Shown: piece by piece, positions 36,801 to 47,072 of the stretch
Layout of the letters: each line of letters starts with the position of its first letter
Position numbering within the stretch: position 1 is the first letter of the stretch
Assembly (NCBI GenBank): GCA_963663165.1
Contig: OY760175.1
Coordinates: forward strand, 2,240,001 to 2,304,000
Source of the DNA: an uncultured Desulfospira sp.
Lineage (GTDB): Bacteria; Desulfobacterota; Desulfobacteria; Desulfobacterales; Desulfobacteraceae
Length of the DNA stretch: 64,000 nucleotides
Reading direction: 5' to 3'
The notes under the pieces: model-generated
What the model was told of the DNA's origin: nothing
Databases searched by the model: none
Seen by the model: only the letters and a program-made list of their open reading frames with translations
Position numbers and translations under genes: made by a program

Positions 36801-38805
36801 TGACCTTAAGGATATCGTCGGGATGAATATAAGAGGCCAGGGCTTTGGCCGTCTGCGGAATTTCCTGGTCAGGAAACCCCATGCCGGAAAAAAACTGGGA
36901 AGAATCAAAACTGAATTGATCGGTTTTTAAATCGTGCTGAAAATAGAACGCGCCTACAGATTCCAGTGTGAACCGAAAGCTTTCCCGGGATTCTTTTATC
37001 CTTTCAAGCAGTTTCTGCCGTTCGGTAATATCCATGGTCAGACCGGCGATATGAGGGGCCCCACCGAACGGTTCATCATTTTCAGCGCCCCAGTATACGG
37101 TATGAAGCCACATCCATCCTAAATCTTTGCGCCGGAGGCGGTAATCATGCCTGACCGTGGATGTATCGCCCCGGGCGTATTGATCTAATGATGCCTGAAC
37201 CCGGGGCTGGTCATCGGGGTGGATAAAAGAAACGAACGCCTCTGAAGTCCGGGGGACTTCTTCTTCGGTATATCCGGCTTTTTCAAACAGATGCAGGGAA
37301 CTGTAGGAAAGCAAATCGGTTTTTATGTCCAGCTGCCAGTAATGGGTACCGGCAGCTTCCAAAGAGATTTTAAGGCGTTCTTCACTTTCTTTAAGGGCTT
37401 CCCCGGCCTGATGGCGTTCCGTATAGTCCTGGCTGCTGACCCTGAATCCGAAAAATGATCCATTATCCTTGAATACCGGATTCCAGGAAACCAACATCCA
37501 TCGAACACTGCCTTCCTTTCTCCGGATTCTGAGCAGGACGCCGGAACCGGCCTTTTGAGACAGGGCCGCCGTAATGACAGCCTCATACGTTGGCCAGTCT
37601 TCAGGGACAGCCAGAGGCTTGGGGAAATCCGGCATGGCCATGCACTCTTCGCAGGTATAACCGAGTATCCGCTCTACAGACTGGTTGATCCAGCGCAGTT
37701 TCCCCTTTTCATCATGCCAGCATTCCAGGCCATAGGTGTAGTCGGCAATGATCCTGAATTCCTCCTGGGACCGCATGGCCTTGTCTTCGGCCAGCTGCCG
37801 CATGACGACTTCTCTTTTCAGGCGCCGGTTGGCCATGAAAATCAGCACAAACACCACCAGGCATACAAGAACCACCGGAAGGCCGATCTTAAGCAGCGGG
37901 GCCCAGTCAACCCCCGGCTTAAATTCAACGGAAACCCACCGGTTGCGAATGGCGGTACGCTCTGACGGCGTCAGGGAGGCCAGGGCCTTGTCCAGCATCT
38001 GTGCCAGCATTGGCCAGTCCTTGCGGACCCCCATACAGAGCCGGGAGTCAAAGCCCTCCAGCAGACAGGTGATCTCCAGTTGTTTGAGGTTGTGCTGCTT
38101 AATATGGTAAGCCGCATAGACCGCATTCATGACCATGGCGTCTGTCCGGCCGCCGGCCACTGCCATCAGGCCCTCCAGGGGGGTTTCTACAGGGACGATC
38201 TGCAGCTTTGGGTGTGTCTCTGGCAGCTTTTTCCGGATGGGGTAAGATGACACCACAGCCACTTTCCGGCCGTAAAAATCCTTTACGTTCCCGGAAGGTT
38301 CAAAGTTGGAACGGGCCACCATCACCCAGGGAAAATCCAGATAGGGCCGGGTAAAGCAAAGATAATCCTCCCGGCTTTGGGTCCGCACCAGGCTGGGAAG
38401 AAAATCCAGTTGTTTCCGGCGGCCGGCCTCCTGTATTCCCCCCCATGACAGGGGGGTGCCGTCTTCTTTAACCATTCGCTTAAACGAGACATGAAGCCTG
38501 TGGCTGATCAGGCCCAGATAATCGGCGATCAACCCATGGGCATGTCCGTTGGCATCCAGAAACTCAAAGGGAGGGCGTTCGCTCACAAAGCCGGTCCGGA
38601 TCACCGGGTGGGCTTCAAGCCATTGGCGCTCTTCATGGGACAGGGCATTATAAAAGGTTACGGCCGCATCTTTATCAACCTGGACCGGTTCTGTTGCCCG
38701 GATTTCAAAAGGAAACGGCACATAGCCGTCTGCAAGGCCAAGCCCTGCTGCCTGACAGAAAACCAGACAGGTCATTAGAAACAATAATGGCGAAGAAACG
38801 CGCAT
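33895..38805 (-). CDS. Hybrid histidine kinase (periplasmic binding-protein sensor, PAS x4, HisKA, HATPase, 2 REC, Hpt)
   Basis: [53 protein letters not shown]. Confidence 0.95.
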   Translation of the reverse strand: MRVSSPLLFLMTCLVFCQAAGLGLADGYVPFPFEIRATEPVQVDKDAAVTFYNALSHEERQWLEAHPVIRTGFVSERPPFEFLDANGHAHGLIADYLGLISHRLHVSFKRMVKEDGTPLSWGGIQEAGRRKQLDFLPSLVRTQSREDYLCFTRPYLDFPWVMVARSNFEPSGNVKDFYGRKVAVVSSYPIRKKLPETHPKLQIVPVETPLEGLMAVAGGRTDAMVMNAVYAAYHIKQHNLKQLEITCLLEGFDSRLCMGVRKDWPMLAQMLDKALASLTPSERTAIRNRWVSVEFKPGVDWAPLLKIGLPVVLVCLVVFVLIFMANRRLKREVVMRQLAEDKAMRSQEEFRIIADYTYGLECWHDEKGKLRWINQSVERILGYTCEECMAMPDFPKPLAVPEDWPTYEAVITAALSQKAGSGVLLRIRRKEGSVRWMLVSWNPVFKDNGSFFGFRVSSQDYTERHQAGEALKESEERLKISLEAAGTHYWQLDIKTDLLSYSSLHLFEKAGYTEEEVPRTSEAFVSFIHPDDQPRVQASLDQYARGDTSTVRHDYRLRRKDLGWMWLHTVYWGAENDEPFGGAPHIAGLTMDITERQKLLERIKESRESFRFTLESVGAFYFQHDLKTDQFSFDSSQFFSGMGFPDQEIPQTAKALASYIHPDDILKVSQGLSPLFSGEVFLISIDYRISYNKKDWRWINALSQPLEKDDQGNVTRTAGLIMDITERQKLLEQVEQAKKQAERGLSLMSRVFESAADSILVCDLSGNIKDVNEATVAAYGYSREELLGNRIWGIVPDEMIEETRQLYQRCRSGESIRAMEWSRKKKDGTSIPILLTLSLLKNDEGKPMGIASITKDISELKKTQQELNAYKDHLESLVKERTADLQKAMQIAEHATRAKSEFLANMSHEIRTPLNAVIGFSHLALQTELDDLQSDYIHKIQGSSKALLGVINDILDFSKIEAGKLTMEIIEFSLEEVLDNITALVGIKAQEKGLEVIFNIDPALPDVLEGDPLRLGQILANLTGNAVKFTEKGQIVLGCRLLEDGKNEVELEFFVQDSGIGMNQKQLDGLFHAFTQADASTTRKYGGTGLGLAISRSLVEMMAGRIWAESEMGQGTTFFFTVRLKKSGSRPANPLLPHTGLKDKKVLVVDDNPLCRTVLQELLESMSFRVTQAGSADAALAELETAAQKEPYDLVLMDWKMPGMDGLAASRIIRNSPAIKVPAIIMVSAYAREDLVQAANDVGLDGYLIKPVSPSLLFNAIMAAFGIRRRASSGPRAKDAPLPGVELIRGARLLVVEDNEINQQVARGILENNGFLVTVADNGLLGIAALEAVPVDAVLMDIHMPEMDGYTAAREIRKKDEYKDLPIIAMTANAMAGDREKALDAGMNDHVAKPIDVNDLLNVLCRWVKPTGKGPVLPEPGDDPEKAGLSPADALGPLPGIDTESGLARLSGDITLYRDLLNKFAGSQGSADADIQKALDHNDPETARMVAHTVKGVAGNMGAEPLFEAASDLETALKQENIKESLKLLPVFAGHLKTVIQSIEGLEAEKTDEKMIQGHPADPETVRSLLAELETLIEDNDTAATAQVRQLSGMIGNSPGKDLLMRLAREIKGYDFESAKNSLGDLSQALHIRPEK

Positions 38806-38900
38806 CGCAAACTCCTGTGAAGCAAGGCAATGATGTTAGCAGTTAGCTATAAGCTTCTAGCCGTTACTAGGCCGGCAATGTCATTAACTTAAGGAAAGCT

Positions 38901-38996
38901 TTTTATATGAAAGTCTCACTAACATCTTGAGAAGAATTTCATTATTTGTTGCGGGCGGTTCTTGGTTGGATAACCAAGGCTGCCCGTGGCCGTTAT
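38901..38996 (-). repeat. Family 1 three-hairpin dispersed repeat
   Basis: Near-identical to 21571-21666. Confidence 0.9.
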
Positions 38997-39455
38997 TAAC
39001 ACCAAGGACATGAAGATTGATTCCCCGGCATATATTCTTCATGGACTTCATGGTGTTTTTTAATTAGATTCTTGCAGTGCCGATGGATATCAATCATAAC
39101 CACCAGAATTCATGTTATATTCTTTAAAGAATGAATTCGCCCTGGGGGCACTGCTGAACAGTTATACAAATATACAAATTTTATAGAATGCGGTAAAAAT
39201 TCGTCTTAAAGTCAATCAATTCAAGGTATGTTTACTTTTTAACAGCCAAAGAAACCGAATACAAGCTCAAATTGCAGATCCATCTTTCTTTGACGATTTA
39301 GTTCTTGCTAACCGGTCATATTTCAACTATTTTAACCCTTGCACAATCGGAACAAGGCCCCAATAATTTTCAAACCAGTTGCCAATAACCCGACAACTTA
39401 TGACACCCGGATTTTCTCACACCATTTTTTCACCCCACCATTTTAGGAGACCCCT

Positions 39456-40205
39456 ATGGCTATAATCGGCATTATCGGAGGATCCGGACTGGATGATCCT
39501 GATATTTTAAAAAATCCCCGGGAAATTGAAGCGGACACCCCTTACGGCAGACCTTCCTCTTCCATTAAATCAGGACAGATCGCCGGCAAAGACACCCTGA
39601 TCATTGCCCGGCACGGCAGAAACCATGAACTGAGCCCTGCCCAGGTTAACAACCAGGCCAACATCCATGCCCTTAAAGAGGCCGGGGCCACCCATATTCT
39701 GGCCACCACGGCCTGCGGCAGTTTAAGGGAACAGATTGACCGGGGACATTTTATCATCCTGGACCAGTTCATTGATTTGACGCGGTTGCGTAAAAACACC
39801 TTTTTTGAATCCTTTGAAGGCGGGATCAACCATACGGTCATGGCCCATCCCTTTGATGAGACCCTTGGCGCCCTTTTGTTTGAATCGGCAAAGACCCTTG
39901 GTTTTCCGGCTCACCCCAAAGGCACGGTCATCACCATTGAGGGGCCCAGATTCTCTACGGTGGCAGAGTCCAAGATGTTCCGGGCCTGGGGGGCCGATGT
40001 GATCAATATGTCCACGGCCCCTGAGACCGCCCTGGCCAACGAAGCCGGTATCCCCTATGCGGCAGTGGCCATGTCAACGGATTTTGACTGCTGGAAAGAA
40101 GATGAAGAAGTGGTCTCCTGGCAGGAAATCCTGGCCGTATTTGAACGAAATGCCGAAAATGTCAAACAGCTGCTGATTAAAACCATTGAAAATTTGAAGG
40201 AATGA
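39456..40205 (+). CDS. mtaP: 5'-methylthioadenosine phosphorylase
   Basis: IGIIGGSG, TPYG.PS, RHG, ANI.AL, ACGSL, DQFID, EGPRFST.AES, INMS..PE..LA.E, TDFDCW. Confidence 0.93.
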   Translation: MAIIGIIGGSGLDDPDILKNPREIEADTPYGRPSSSIKSGQIAGKDTLIIARHGRNHELSPAQVNNQANIHALKEAGATHILATTACGSLREQIDRGHFIILDQFIDLTRLRKNTFFESFEGGINHTVMAHPFDETLGALLFESAKTLGFPAHPKGTVITIEGPRFSTVAESKMFRAWGADVINMSTAPETALANEAGIPYAAVAMSTDFDCWKEDEEVVSWQEILAVFERNAENVKQLLIKTIENLKE

Positions 40206-40209
40206 AATC

Positions 40210-40731
40210 ATGGACATCAAATCCACCATCAGAAGCATTCCGGACTGGCCCATCAAAGGGGTCATTTTCAGGGACTTAACCACACTGATGCAGTCCCCTG
40301 AAGCACTCAAAGCATCCTGTGACCAGCTTTATGAGCGGTACAAGGAGATGAACATTGACAAGATCGTGGGCATTGATGCCAGGGGCTTTGTATTTGGGGC
40401 CATCCTTGCCTATAAGCTCGGGGTCGGGTTTATCCCGGTCCGGAAAAAAGGCAAACTGCCCTGCAAGACCATTGAGGCCAGCTACAGCCTGGAATACGGG
40501 GAAGGGACCCTGGAAATCCATGAAGACGGGATTAACAAAGGGGAAAAGGTGGTGATTGTGGATGACCTCATTGCCACCGGCGGAACCGTGGGGGCCACAG
40601 TCAAGCTGGTTAAAGAACTTGGCGGCGATCTTGTGGAATGCGCCTTTGTTGTGGAGCTTCCCGATCTTAAAGGCCGGGACCAGATCCCGGGAGTCAAGGT
40701 GTTTGCCCTTTGTGAGTTTGAAGGAGAGTAG
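40210..40731 (+). CDS. apt: Adenine phosphoribosyltransferase
   Basis: IPDWP..GV.FRD, DARGF, RKKGKLP, LEYG, VDDLIATGGT. Confidence 0.97.
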   Translation: MDIKSTIRSIPDWPIKGVIFRDLTTLMQSPEALKASCDQLYERYKEMNIDKIVGIDARGFVFGAILAYKLGVGFIPVRKKGKLPCKTIEASYSLEYGEGTLEIHEDGINKGEKVVIVDDLIATGGTVGATVKLVKELGGDLVECAFVVELPDLKGRDQIPGVKVFALCEFEGE

Positions 40732-40740
40732 TCTTATTAA

Positions 40741-41412
40741 ATGGCCCCCAAATACCGAATCAACATTAAGGAAGTAGAAAAATCCCTGCGGTATGTCCAG
40801 GCAAATTTTGAAAAAATCAACGATACCCTGGACATGCGTCGGGAGCCCATGCGCGACGAGATTCTTGAAAACATTATGGCCGGCTACCGGTATGTGAACA
40901 ACCTTTTGGAAAACGACTTCAGCATTGTCGAACAAAAGGGGCTTCACCACTTTCTTGAGCTGAACCATATTGTGCTTTGCGGCCAGGACCCCCAAAAAAG
41001 GGCGGATTTCAGCCGGCATATCAAGGCCACGGCAGACCGGTTCTACGGCCAGAAGGAATTTTCCATCCGGGATATCCGGGAATGGGCTGAACACAACAGA
41101 AAAGTTCCCACATGGAAACGGGCCGCCGGGATTTATATCCTTCATGTGAGCCAGCCCCAGCTCTTTTTTGAAGGCAACCACCGGACCGGGGCGCTCATGA
41201 TGAGCCATATCCTTGTCCGGGGAGGAAAACCGCCTTTTGTGCTTTCCGTGGAAAATGCCAAAGCCTATTTTGACCCATCGACCCTGGCCAAAACCACCAA
41301 AAAGGACTTTATGGGCAAATATGTCAAGCTGCCAAAGATCAAGAAAAAATTTGCCAAATTTCTGGAAGAGCAGGCCAATCCGGACCTGTTGATTCACAAA
41401 TCCAAACTTTAG
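40741..41412 (+). CDS. Fic/Doc-like protein with non-canonical motif
   Basis: ELNH.V and PQLFFEGNHRTG (cf. HPFxxGNGR). Confidence 0.7.
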   Translation: MAPKYRINIKEVEKSLRYVQANFEKINDTLDMRREPMRDEILENIMAGYRYVNNLLENDFSIVEQKGLHHFLELNHIVLCGQDPQKRADFSRHIKATADRFYGQKEFSIRDIREWAEHNRKVPTWKRAAGIYILHVSQPQLFFEGNHRTGALMMSHILVRGGKPPFVLSVENAKAYFDPSTLAKTTKKDFMGKYVKLPKIKKKFAKFLEEQANPDLLIHKSKL

Positions 41413-41482
41413 CGGTTGGCGGCTGGGTGATGCCGGTGTATATTACAAAAAGAACGCGTATGATAACATGTTCATTTAATTG

Positions 41483-41524
41483 GTGTCTGAACGAGAACCC
41501 GTGTTTGGACGAAAAGCTGCCCAT
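41483..41524 (-). repeat. Family 2 element end fragment
   Basis: GTGTCTGAACGAGAACCCGTGTTTGGACGAAAAGCTGCCCA is the reverse complement of the 6783 end. Confidence 0.75.
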
Positions 41525-41545
41525 AACCTTTGATTGAGGCCTGTC

Positions 41546-42451
41546 ATGAACCAACCCATTCCCACTGCCCAAGCCTTTGTCTTTGATTCCAGCAAGCTCA
41601 AACAGTTTCTTTACCAGGTGGCCTGCACCCGCATCCTGGCCAAAACCACGCGTGCGTGCTGGTCAAGCCATGATTCCAGTGTCATTTTGAATACGGTCTA
41701 CAATGTCTTTAATAGGGTACGCCCCGGTTTTGTTGAAGTCGAAACCCTTTCACCGTACCGGCTGCGCAGGGAAATCGATGAATATTATCCGCGTCTCTGG
41801 AAAGAATTCACCCTGCGTGCCACCCAGGGTCCGGCGCCCATGAAGGATTGGCTCGATCGCCAGCAGACGCTGTATACGGCCGACCGGCGCGATCTTCAAA
41901 AGCTTTTCCTCCAGGCCCGGCAGGTCAACCAACAGGTGGATGAACAGCTCCGGGTAGCCATCTTTCGCCTCGCCGAGGTCAAGATGGTCAGTGAAATTGC
42001 CCTGAACATTCTGTCGCTGTTCCCCGGCGGCGGGGCGGTCGGTTTGGCGGTCCGGCTGGCTATTGGTGTCGGTTACCCGATTTTTGTCAATGCCGTAGAC
42101 AACTGGGGCCAGGCCGGCGCAGCCCAGATGACATTGTCCGTGGCAGCCGGCAGCAGTGCCCAGTATTTGCCACCATTGGGGACAGAAGATGCGGTGGTGA
42201 AAAAAGCCCAGGTCTATCTTGTGGACAAACCCGCCATGGAAGCCGCCCGTGCCCGTGCGCTGGGCAAATTACCCCGCGGATGGAAAGGGGCTGCGGTGAA
42301 ACGGGCCACCATGGCAAAAGAATGCGATGCGGCCATGGCCCGGGTGGGAATCAAAGCCGGCACCACCGTACTCCAGGGGGTGGCCTGCTGGTACTGCTAC
42401 CAGGGCTGCCAGGACAGCGCCAACCGGTTCTGGGAAACTGTCAATCAGTGA
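41546..42451 (+). CDS. Hypothetical alpha-helical protein with Gly-rich hydrophobic hairpin
   Basis: ~300-codon ORF filling the gap, GAGG RBS before ATG 41546; no recognised motif. Confidence 0.7.
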   Translation: MNQPIPTAQAFVFDSSKLKQFLYQVACTRILAKTTRACWSSHDSSVILNTVYNVFNRVRPGFVEVETLSPYRLRREIDEYYPRLWKEFTLRATQGPAPMKDWLDRQQTLYTADRRDLQKLFLQARQVNQQVDEQLRVAIFRLAEVKMVSEIALNILSLFPGGGAVGLAVRLAIGVGYPIFVNAVDNWGQAGAAQMTLSVAAGSSAQYLPPLGTEDAVVKKAQVYLVDKPAMEAARARALGKLPRGWKGAAVKRATMAKECDAAMARVGIKAGTTVLQGVACWYCYQGCQDSANRFWETVNQ

Positions 42452-42642
42452 TCCGGCCCAAGGATTTTCAGGAGTTGGCCGGCGGGGGAAATCCAAAAGC
42501 CAACGGCTGTTTATTTGAAACAAAACCTTTTCTAAAAACAGCGTGTCTGAAAATTAATTCAAAAAAAATAAATATATTATAAAACATTCACACCCGACTC
42601 CCTCCCCCGGCCATCTCCCGCCCCAATCATTCTCTTATACTA

Positions 42643-42672
42643 TACTCATGGTTTTCTAACAAAATCATAACA
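42643..42672 (+). promoter_or_regulatory. Candidate Pho box
   Basis: TAACA at 42657 and 42668 and TCATG at 42646 (11-bp period) upstream of pstS. Confidence 0.45.
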
Positions 42673-42748
42673 TTTCAATGGTAAATATCCGGATCGTGTT
42701 AGAAATTAACCGAGCTTATGTAACTTACAAACAAAACAGGAGAAAAAA

Positions 42749-43786
42749 ATGAAACTTAAATCCTTCTTTAACTTTGCATTGTGTGCGGTTGCCGCAGCGG
42801 CTTTCACGATGGGTCAGCCCGGATCCGCATCTGCTGACGTTACCATTACCGGTGCCGGCGCAAGCTTTCCGGCCCCCATCTATACCGAATGGTTCAAAGA
42901 CTTTGCCAAAGTGACCAACGGTGAAATTAAAGTCAACTACCAGTCCATCGGTTCCGGTTCCGGCATCAAAAACTTCATCGGCCATACCGTTGATTTCGGT
43001 GCCAGTGACGCTGCCATGAAACAAAGTGAAATTGATCAGGTCAAAGAAGGCGTGCAGCTGCTGCCCATGACCGCCGGTGCAATTGTTATTGCCTACAACC
43101 TGCCTGACGTCAAAGCGCTCAAACTGCCCCGGGACGTTTATCCCGAAATCTTTTTAGGCAAAATCACCAAATGGAATGATCCCAAAATTGCTGCTGCCAA
43201 CCCCGGCGTTAACCTGCCGGACACCCCCATCACCGTTGTTGTCCGCTCCGACAAATCCGGCACCACCTTTGGTTTCACCGGTCACTTAAGCGCTATTTCT
43301 CCTGACTTCAAAGCCGCTGTAGGCCAGGGCAAAATGGTTCAGTGGCCCGCCGAAAACATGGTCAAGGGCAAAAAGAACGACGGCGTGTCTTCTGCCATCC
43401 GCCAGACCCCCGGCGCCATCGGATACACCGAATACGGGTTTGCCAAGCTGAACCAACTGCCCATGGCATGCCTTGAAAATGCTGCCGGCAAGTTTGTCTG
43501 CCCCGGTCCCGAGGGCGGTGCTGCTGCACTGGCCAACGCGGTTCTGCCGGATAACATGATCGTGTTCATCAATGACCCTGCAGGTGACGACTCTTACCCC
43601 ATTGCCACCTTCACCTGGATGCTGTTCTACAAGAAAAACAAAGATCCTGAAACCGCCGCAGCCTTGCGTAAAATGGTTGAGTACTGCCTGGATGAAGGAC
43701 AGAAAATTGCCGATAAGGCCGGATACATCCCCCTTCCTGCAAGTGTTGTAGAAAAGGTTCGGGCGGCTTCTGCAAACATCCAATAA
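42749..43786 (+). CDS. pstS: Phosphate ABC transporter substrate-binding protein
   Basis: GAGASFPAP.Y, NYQSIGSGSG, VDFGASD, RSD.SGTT, YPI. Confidence 0.97.
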   Translation: MKLKSFFNFALCAVAAAAFTMGQPGSASADVTITGAGASFPAPIYTEWFKDFAKVTNGEIKVNYQSIGSGSGIKNFIGHTVDFGASDAAMKQSEIDQVKEGVQLLPMTAGAIVIAYNLPDVKALKLPRDVYPEIFLGKITKWNDPKIAAANPGVNLPDTPITVVVRSDKSGTTFGFTGHLSAISPDFKAAVGQGKMVQWPAENMVKGKKNDGVSSAIRQTPGAIGYTEYGFAKLNQLPMACLENAAGKFVCPGPEGGAAALANAVLPDNMIVFINDPAGDDSYPIATFTWMLFYKKNKDPETAAALRKMVEYCLDEGQKIADKAGYIPLPASVVEKVRAASANIQ

Positions 43787-43859
43787 GAACCACCCTCTTT
43801 TTTGATGCAGGGCACTCTTTTATCAAGAGTGCCCTGTTTATTCTCTGGAGACTAAACAT

Positions 43860-44840
43860 ATGGCCGATAACACCAAATCCCTGGGTAATGCAGGCGGCAG
43901 AACCTTATCCAAGCCGCCTACCCCGGGGGATATTTTTTTTGACAAATCATTCAGGTTTCTGACCCATGCCTTTACCTGGGGAACCATTGTCCTGCTGGCA
44001 TTTATTGTATACAAAATCGGTGGGAAGGCCCTGCCCTATTTCCCGGATCTGGGAATCAAGTTCCTGTTCACCTCCACCTGGGATTCAGGGGCCGAGCAAT
44101 TCGGAATTCTTCCCCAGATCTGGGGGACCTTGTACAGTTCTTTTCTTGCCCTCATCCTGGGCGGATTCTTCGGCATCACCATTGCCATTTTTGTGACCCA
44201 GGATTTTCTTCCCCATAAATTAGAACTGATTTTAAAAAATATCATTGAACTGCTGGCCGCCATCCCCAGTGTTGTTTACGGGTTATGGGGCATCTATGTC
44301 CTGGTGCCGCTGATCCGGCCCCTGGCCAATTTCCTGCACGATCACTTAGGCTTTATCCCCTTTTTCTCCACACGGCTTTCAGGCCTTGGGCTGCTTCCGG
44401 CGGGCCTGGTCCTGGCCATCATGATTCTGCCCACAGTGGCCGCCATCTCCCAGGATGCCTTCAGGGCCATTCCCCATAAAACCAAAGAAGCCGCTTTCGG
44501 CATGGGAACCACCCGGTGGGAAGCCATCCTCAGGGTCATGCTGCCCACCGCCGGCGGCGGTATTTTCGGCGCCCTGGTCCTGGGGTTCGGACGGGCGTTA
44601 GGGGAAACCATGGCCCTGGCCATGCTGGTGGGCAGTATGAACACGGTGACCCTGTCCATCTTCTCTCCGGCGGATACCATTGCCGCCCTTCTGGCCAACA
44701 CCTTCCCGGAAGCCGACGTGGGACTTGAAACCGGCGCCCTCATGTATGCCGCCTGTGTCCTGTTGATCATCACCCTGATCGTTAATATTGCCGGCGCCCT
44801 CATTGTTGCCAAAGCCACACCGGGAGGAGAAAAAAGATGA
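43860..44840 (+). CDS. pstC: Phosphate ABC permease
   Basis: GTL.SS, ELLAAIPSVVYGLWG, GFGRALGETMA. Confidence 0.97.
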   Translation: MADNTKSLGNAGGRTLSKPPTPGDIFFDKSFRFLTHAFTWGTIVLLAFIVYKIGGKALPYFPDLGIKFLFTSTWDSGAEQFGILPQIWGTLYSSFLALILGGFFGITIAIFVTQDFLPHKLELILKNIIELLAAIPSVVYGLWGIYVLVPLIRPLANFLHDHLGFIPFFSTRLSGLGLLPAGLVLAIMILPTVAAISQDAFRAIPHKTKEAAFGMGTTRWEAILRVMLPTAGGGIFGALVLGFGRALGETMALAMLVGSMNTVTLSIFSPADTIAALLANTFPEADVGLETGALMYAACVLLIITLIVNIAGALIVAKATPGGEKR

Positions 44841-45709
44841 GCCAGTATCAACTGCCGAACCTGGAGCGCCAGCCTATGGAGCCCAGGGCTTTAAAATCCA
44901 TTGTTTTAAGCGCCATTACCATTGCCTGTGCCATCACCGCATGTATTCCCTTGTTTTCGGTTCTCATCATGCTGCTGTACCGGGGGGGCAGACGGTTAAC
45001 CCTTGAACTTTTCTACACCCTGCCGCCCGGCGCCTTTGATGCCCCCGGGGTCGGGGGATTCGGCAATGCCATTCTCGGCACGGCATTTATGGTCGGCATT
45101 GCCGGCCTGATCAGTATTCCTTTCGGGATTCTGGCCGCCATTTTCCTGGCAGAACTCGGGCCTTACAGCAAGGTGGCCAATGTCGCCAGATTCTGCGCCA
45201 AGACCATGACCGGTCTGCCCTCCATCATTGCCGGGGTTTTTGCCTATGCCATTGTTGTGCTTGCCATGGGCCACTACTCCGCCTGGGCAGGGGGCATTGC
45301 CTTGTCATTGCTCATGATCCCCGTGGTCATGCTCACCGCTGAGGAAGCCATAAAAATGGTCCCCAACCCCATGCGGGAAGCGGCCTACGGCATGGGATGC
45401 ACCCCCACCCAGAGCCTGCTCAAAGTCATTTTGCCCGTGGCCATGCCCGGCATCATTACCGGTGTGGTCCTTGCCGTGGCCAGGGCTGCCGGGGAGACAG
45501 CGCCCCTGTTGTTTACAGCGCTGTTTTCAGAAAGCTGGCTGGCCCCCAATGAGCCCACAGCGTCCCTTGCCGTGTTAATCTACAACTGGTCGTCCAGCCC
45601 CTATGAAAACCTCATAGAGCTGGCCTGGGCCGCATCGCTCATTCTGGTTATCCTGGTATTTGTCCTCAACATTGTCAGCCGTATCCTGGGGGGCAAAACC
45701 AAAATATAG
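44837..45709 (+). CDS. pstA: Phosphate ABC permease
   Basis: NAILGT, GLPSII.G.F, ARAAGETAPLL. Confidence 0.97.
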   Translation: MSQYQLPNLERQPMEPRALKSIVLSAITIACAITACIPLFSVLIMLLYRGGRRLTLELFYTLPPGAFDAPGVGGFGNAILGTAFMVGIAGLISIPFGILAAIFLAELGPYSKVANVARFCAKTMTGLPSIIAGVFAYAIVVLAMGHYSAWAGGIALSLLMIPVVMLTAEEAIKMVPNPMREAAYGMGCTPTQSLLKVILPVAMPGIITGVVLAVARAAGETAPLLFTALFSESWLAPNEPTASLAVLIYNWSSSPYENLIELAWAASLILVILVFVLNIVSRILGGKTKI

Positions 45710-45836
45710 GCCATCCCCTAAAGGGTGGAAACCGGGCCGCCCTGACGGTTAAGGGCATGCCCGCAACGGATATTGAAAGCAAATGGCTGCCGGCCAAGGG
45801 CTGACAGCTTATACGAATAAGGGAGTATAAACGCTC

Positions 45837-46664
45837 ATGGAAGAATTAAAAGAAGTGGATGCCAACGAAGCCTATGACAATGACCTGCCGGCAGACGTGG
45901 CATTGGACTGTAAAGCAGAACAGATTTATTACACCGACTTTCTGGCGGTCCGGGACAGCCATGTGCCCATCAAACGAAACCAGATCACCGGGTTTATCGG
46001 GCCTTCGGGCTGCGGTAAAAGTACGGTGCTCAAAAGCATCAACCGGATGAACGACCTGATCCGCGGGTTCCGCTTTGTGGGGGATGTTCATTTTCACGGG
46101 ATCAACATTTATGATAAAAATATTGACCCGGTATCGGTCCGCCGGAACATCGGCATGGTGTTCCAGCAGCCCAACCCCTTTTCCATGTCTATTTTTGACA
46201 ACGTGGCCTTTGGCCTGCGGCTGAACCGTTACAAAGGCAACATGCACGAAAAAGTGGAAAAGGCCCTTAAGGGTGCGGCCCTGTGGAAAGAGGTGAAAGA
46301 CAAACTTAAAAACAACGGGCTGTCCCTGTCCGGCGGCCAGCAGCAGCGGCTTTGCATTGCCAGGGCCATTGCCACGGAACCCCGGGTCCTTCTCATGGAC
46401 GAGCCCTGTTCCGCCCTTGACCCCATTGCCACCCGGCAGATCGAAGAACTCATGGTGGCACTCAAAGAACGGTTTACCGTTGCCATCGTGACCCATAACA
46501 TGCAGCAGGCGGTCCGGGTGGCCGACCAGACCGCGTTCTTTGCTGTGGACATTTCAAAAGGCGGCCGGACCGGCTACCTGGTTGAAATGGGCCCCACCAA
46601 AGAACTGTTTGAAAACCCCCAGGAAGAACTGACCAAAGAGTACCTCCAGGGCGAGTTCTCCTGA
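45837..46664 (+). CDS. pstB: Phosphate ABC ATPase
   Basis: [44 protein letters not shown]. Confidence 0.97.
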   Translation: MEELKEVDANEAYDNDLPADVALDCKAEQIYYTDFLAVRDSHVPIKRNQITGFIGPSGCGKSTVLKSINRMNDLIRGFRFVGDVHFHGINIYDKNIDPVSVRRNIGMVFQQPNPFSMSIFDNVAFGLRLNRYKGNMHEKVEKALKGAALWKEVKDKLKNNGLSLSGGQQQRLCIARAIATEPRVLLMDEPCSALDPIATRQIEELMVALKERFTVAIVTHNMQQAVRVADQTAFFAVDISKGGRTGYLVEMGPTKELFENPQEELTKEYLQGEFS

Positions 46665-46773
46665 TTTTTGTTTCATTGCCATCTCTCCTGTCCAACGGGC
46701 CTGGATGGTTACCGGTTTTGGTAACCATCCGGGCCTGTTTATTTTGTTCTAAAAGAATAAAGTTTAAAAAAAA

Positions 46774-46850
46774 TGGACTTTGGATATGGGACTTGGGGAT
46801 TGCCGTATCCATGGCCTCCCCAAGTCCCAAGTCCCATATCCCAAGTCCCA
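46774..46850. repeat. Inverted heptamer array (TGGGACT / AGTCCCA)
   Basis: TGGACTT TGGATA TGGGACT TGGGGA ... TCCCCA AGTCCCA AGTCCCA TATCCCA AGTCCCA. Confidence 0.8.
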
Positions 46851-47072
46851 ATTTTATACATTATATAAACTCCCCCCCCCCCTGCAAGTCACACGGCATT
46901 GCCCTGAAAAAATTTCCCCCTGAAATTGACCTGAACAAAGGCCTTTGGTATATAGATTGATCCGGGCCGGAAACCTGTGAATGCACAAAATTTATCCGGC
47001 GGTTAAACGGAACAAAATGCCCCGCAACGGCTGGGAGCAAAATTTTTACCCAAGCGGATTTTCCCTGACAAC

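Noticed and set aside
40276..41397. Long antisense ORF (373 aa) and similar shadow ORFs (e.g. 20773-21561, 60833-61693, 45846-46496, 5424-6092)
   Set aside because: They lie opposite well-supported genes, have no motifs and are expected from codon bias.
46960..47070. Possible SRP RNA (ffs) or tRNA upstream of dnaX
   Set aside because: No CAGG..GGAA..AGCAG domain IV motif or cloverleaf seen.
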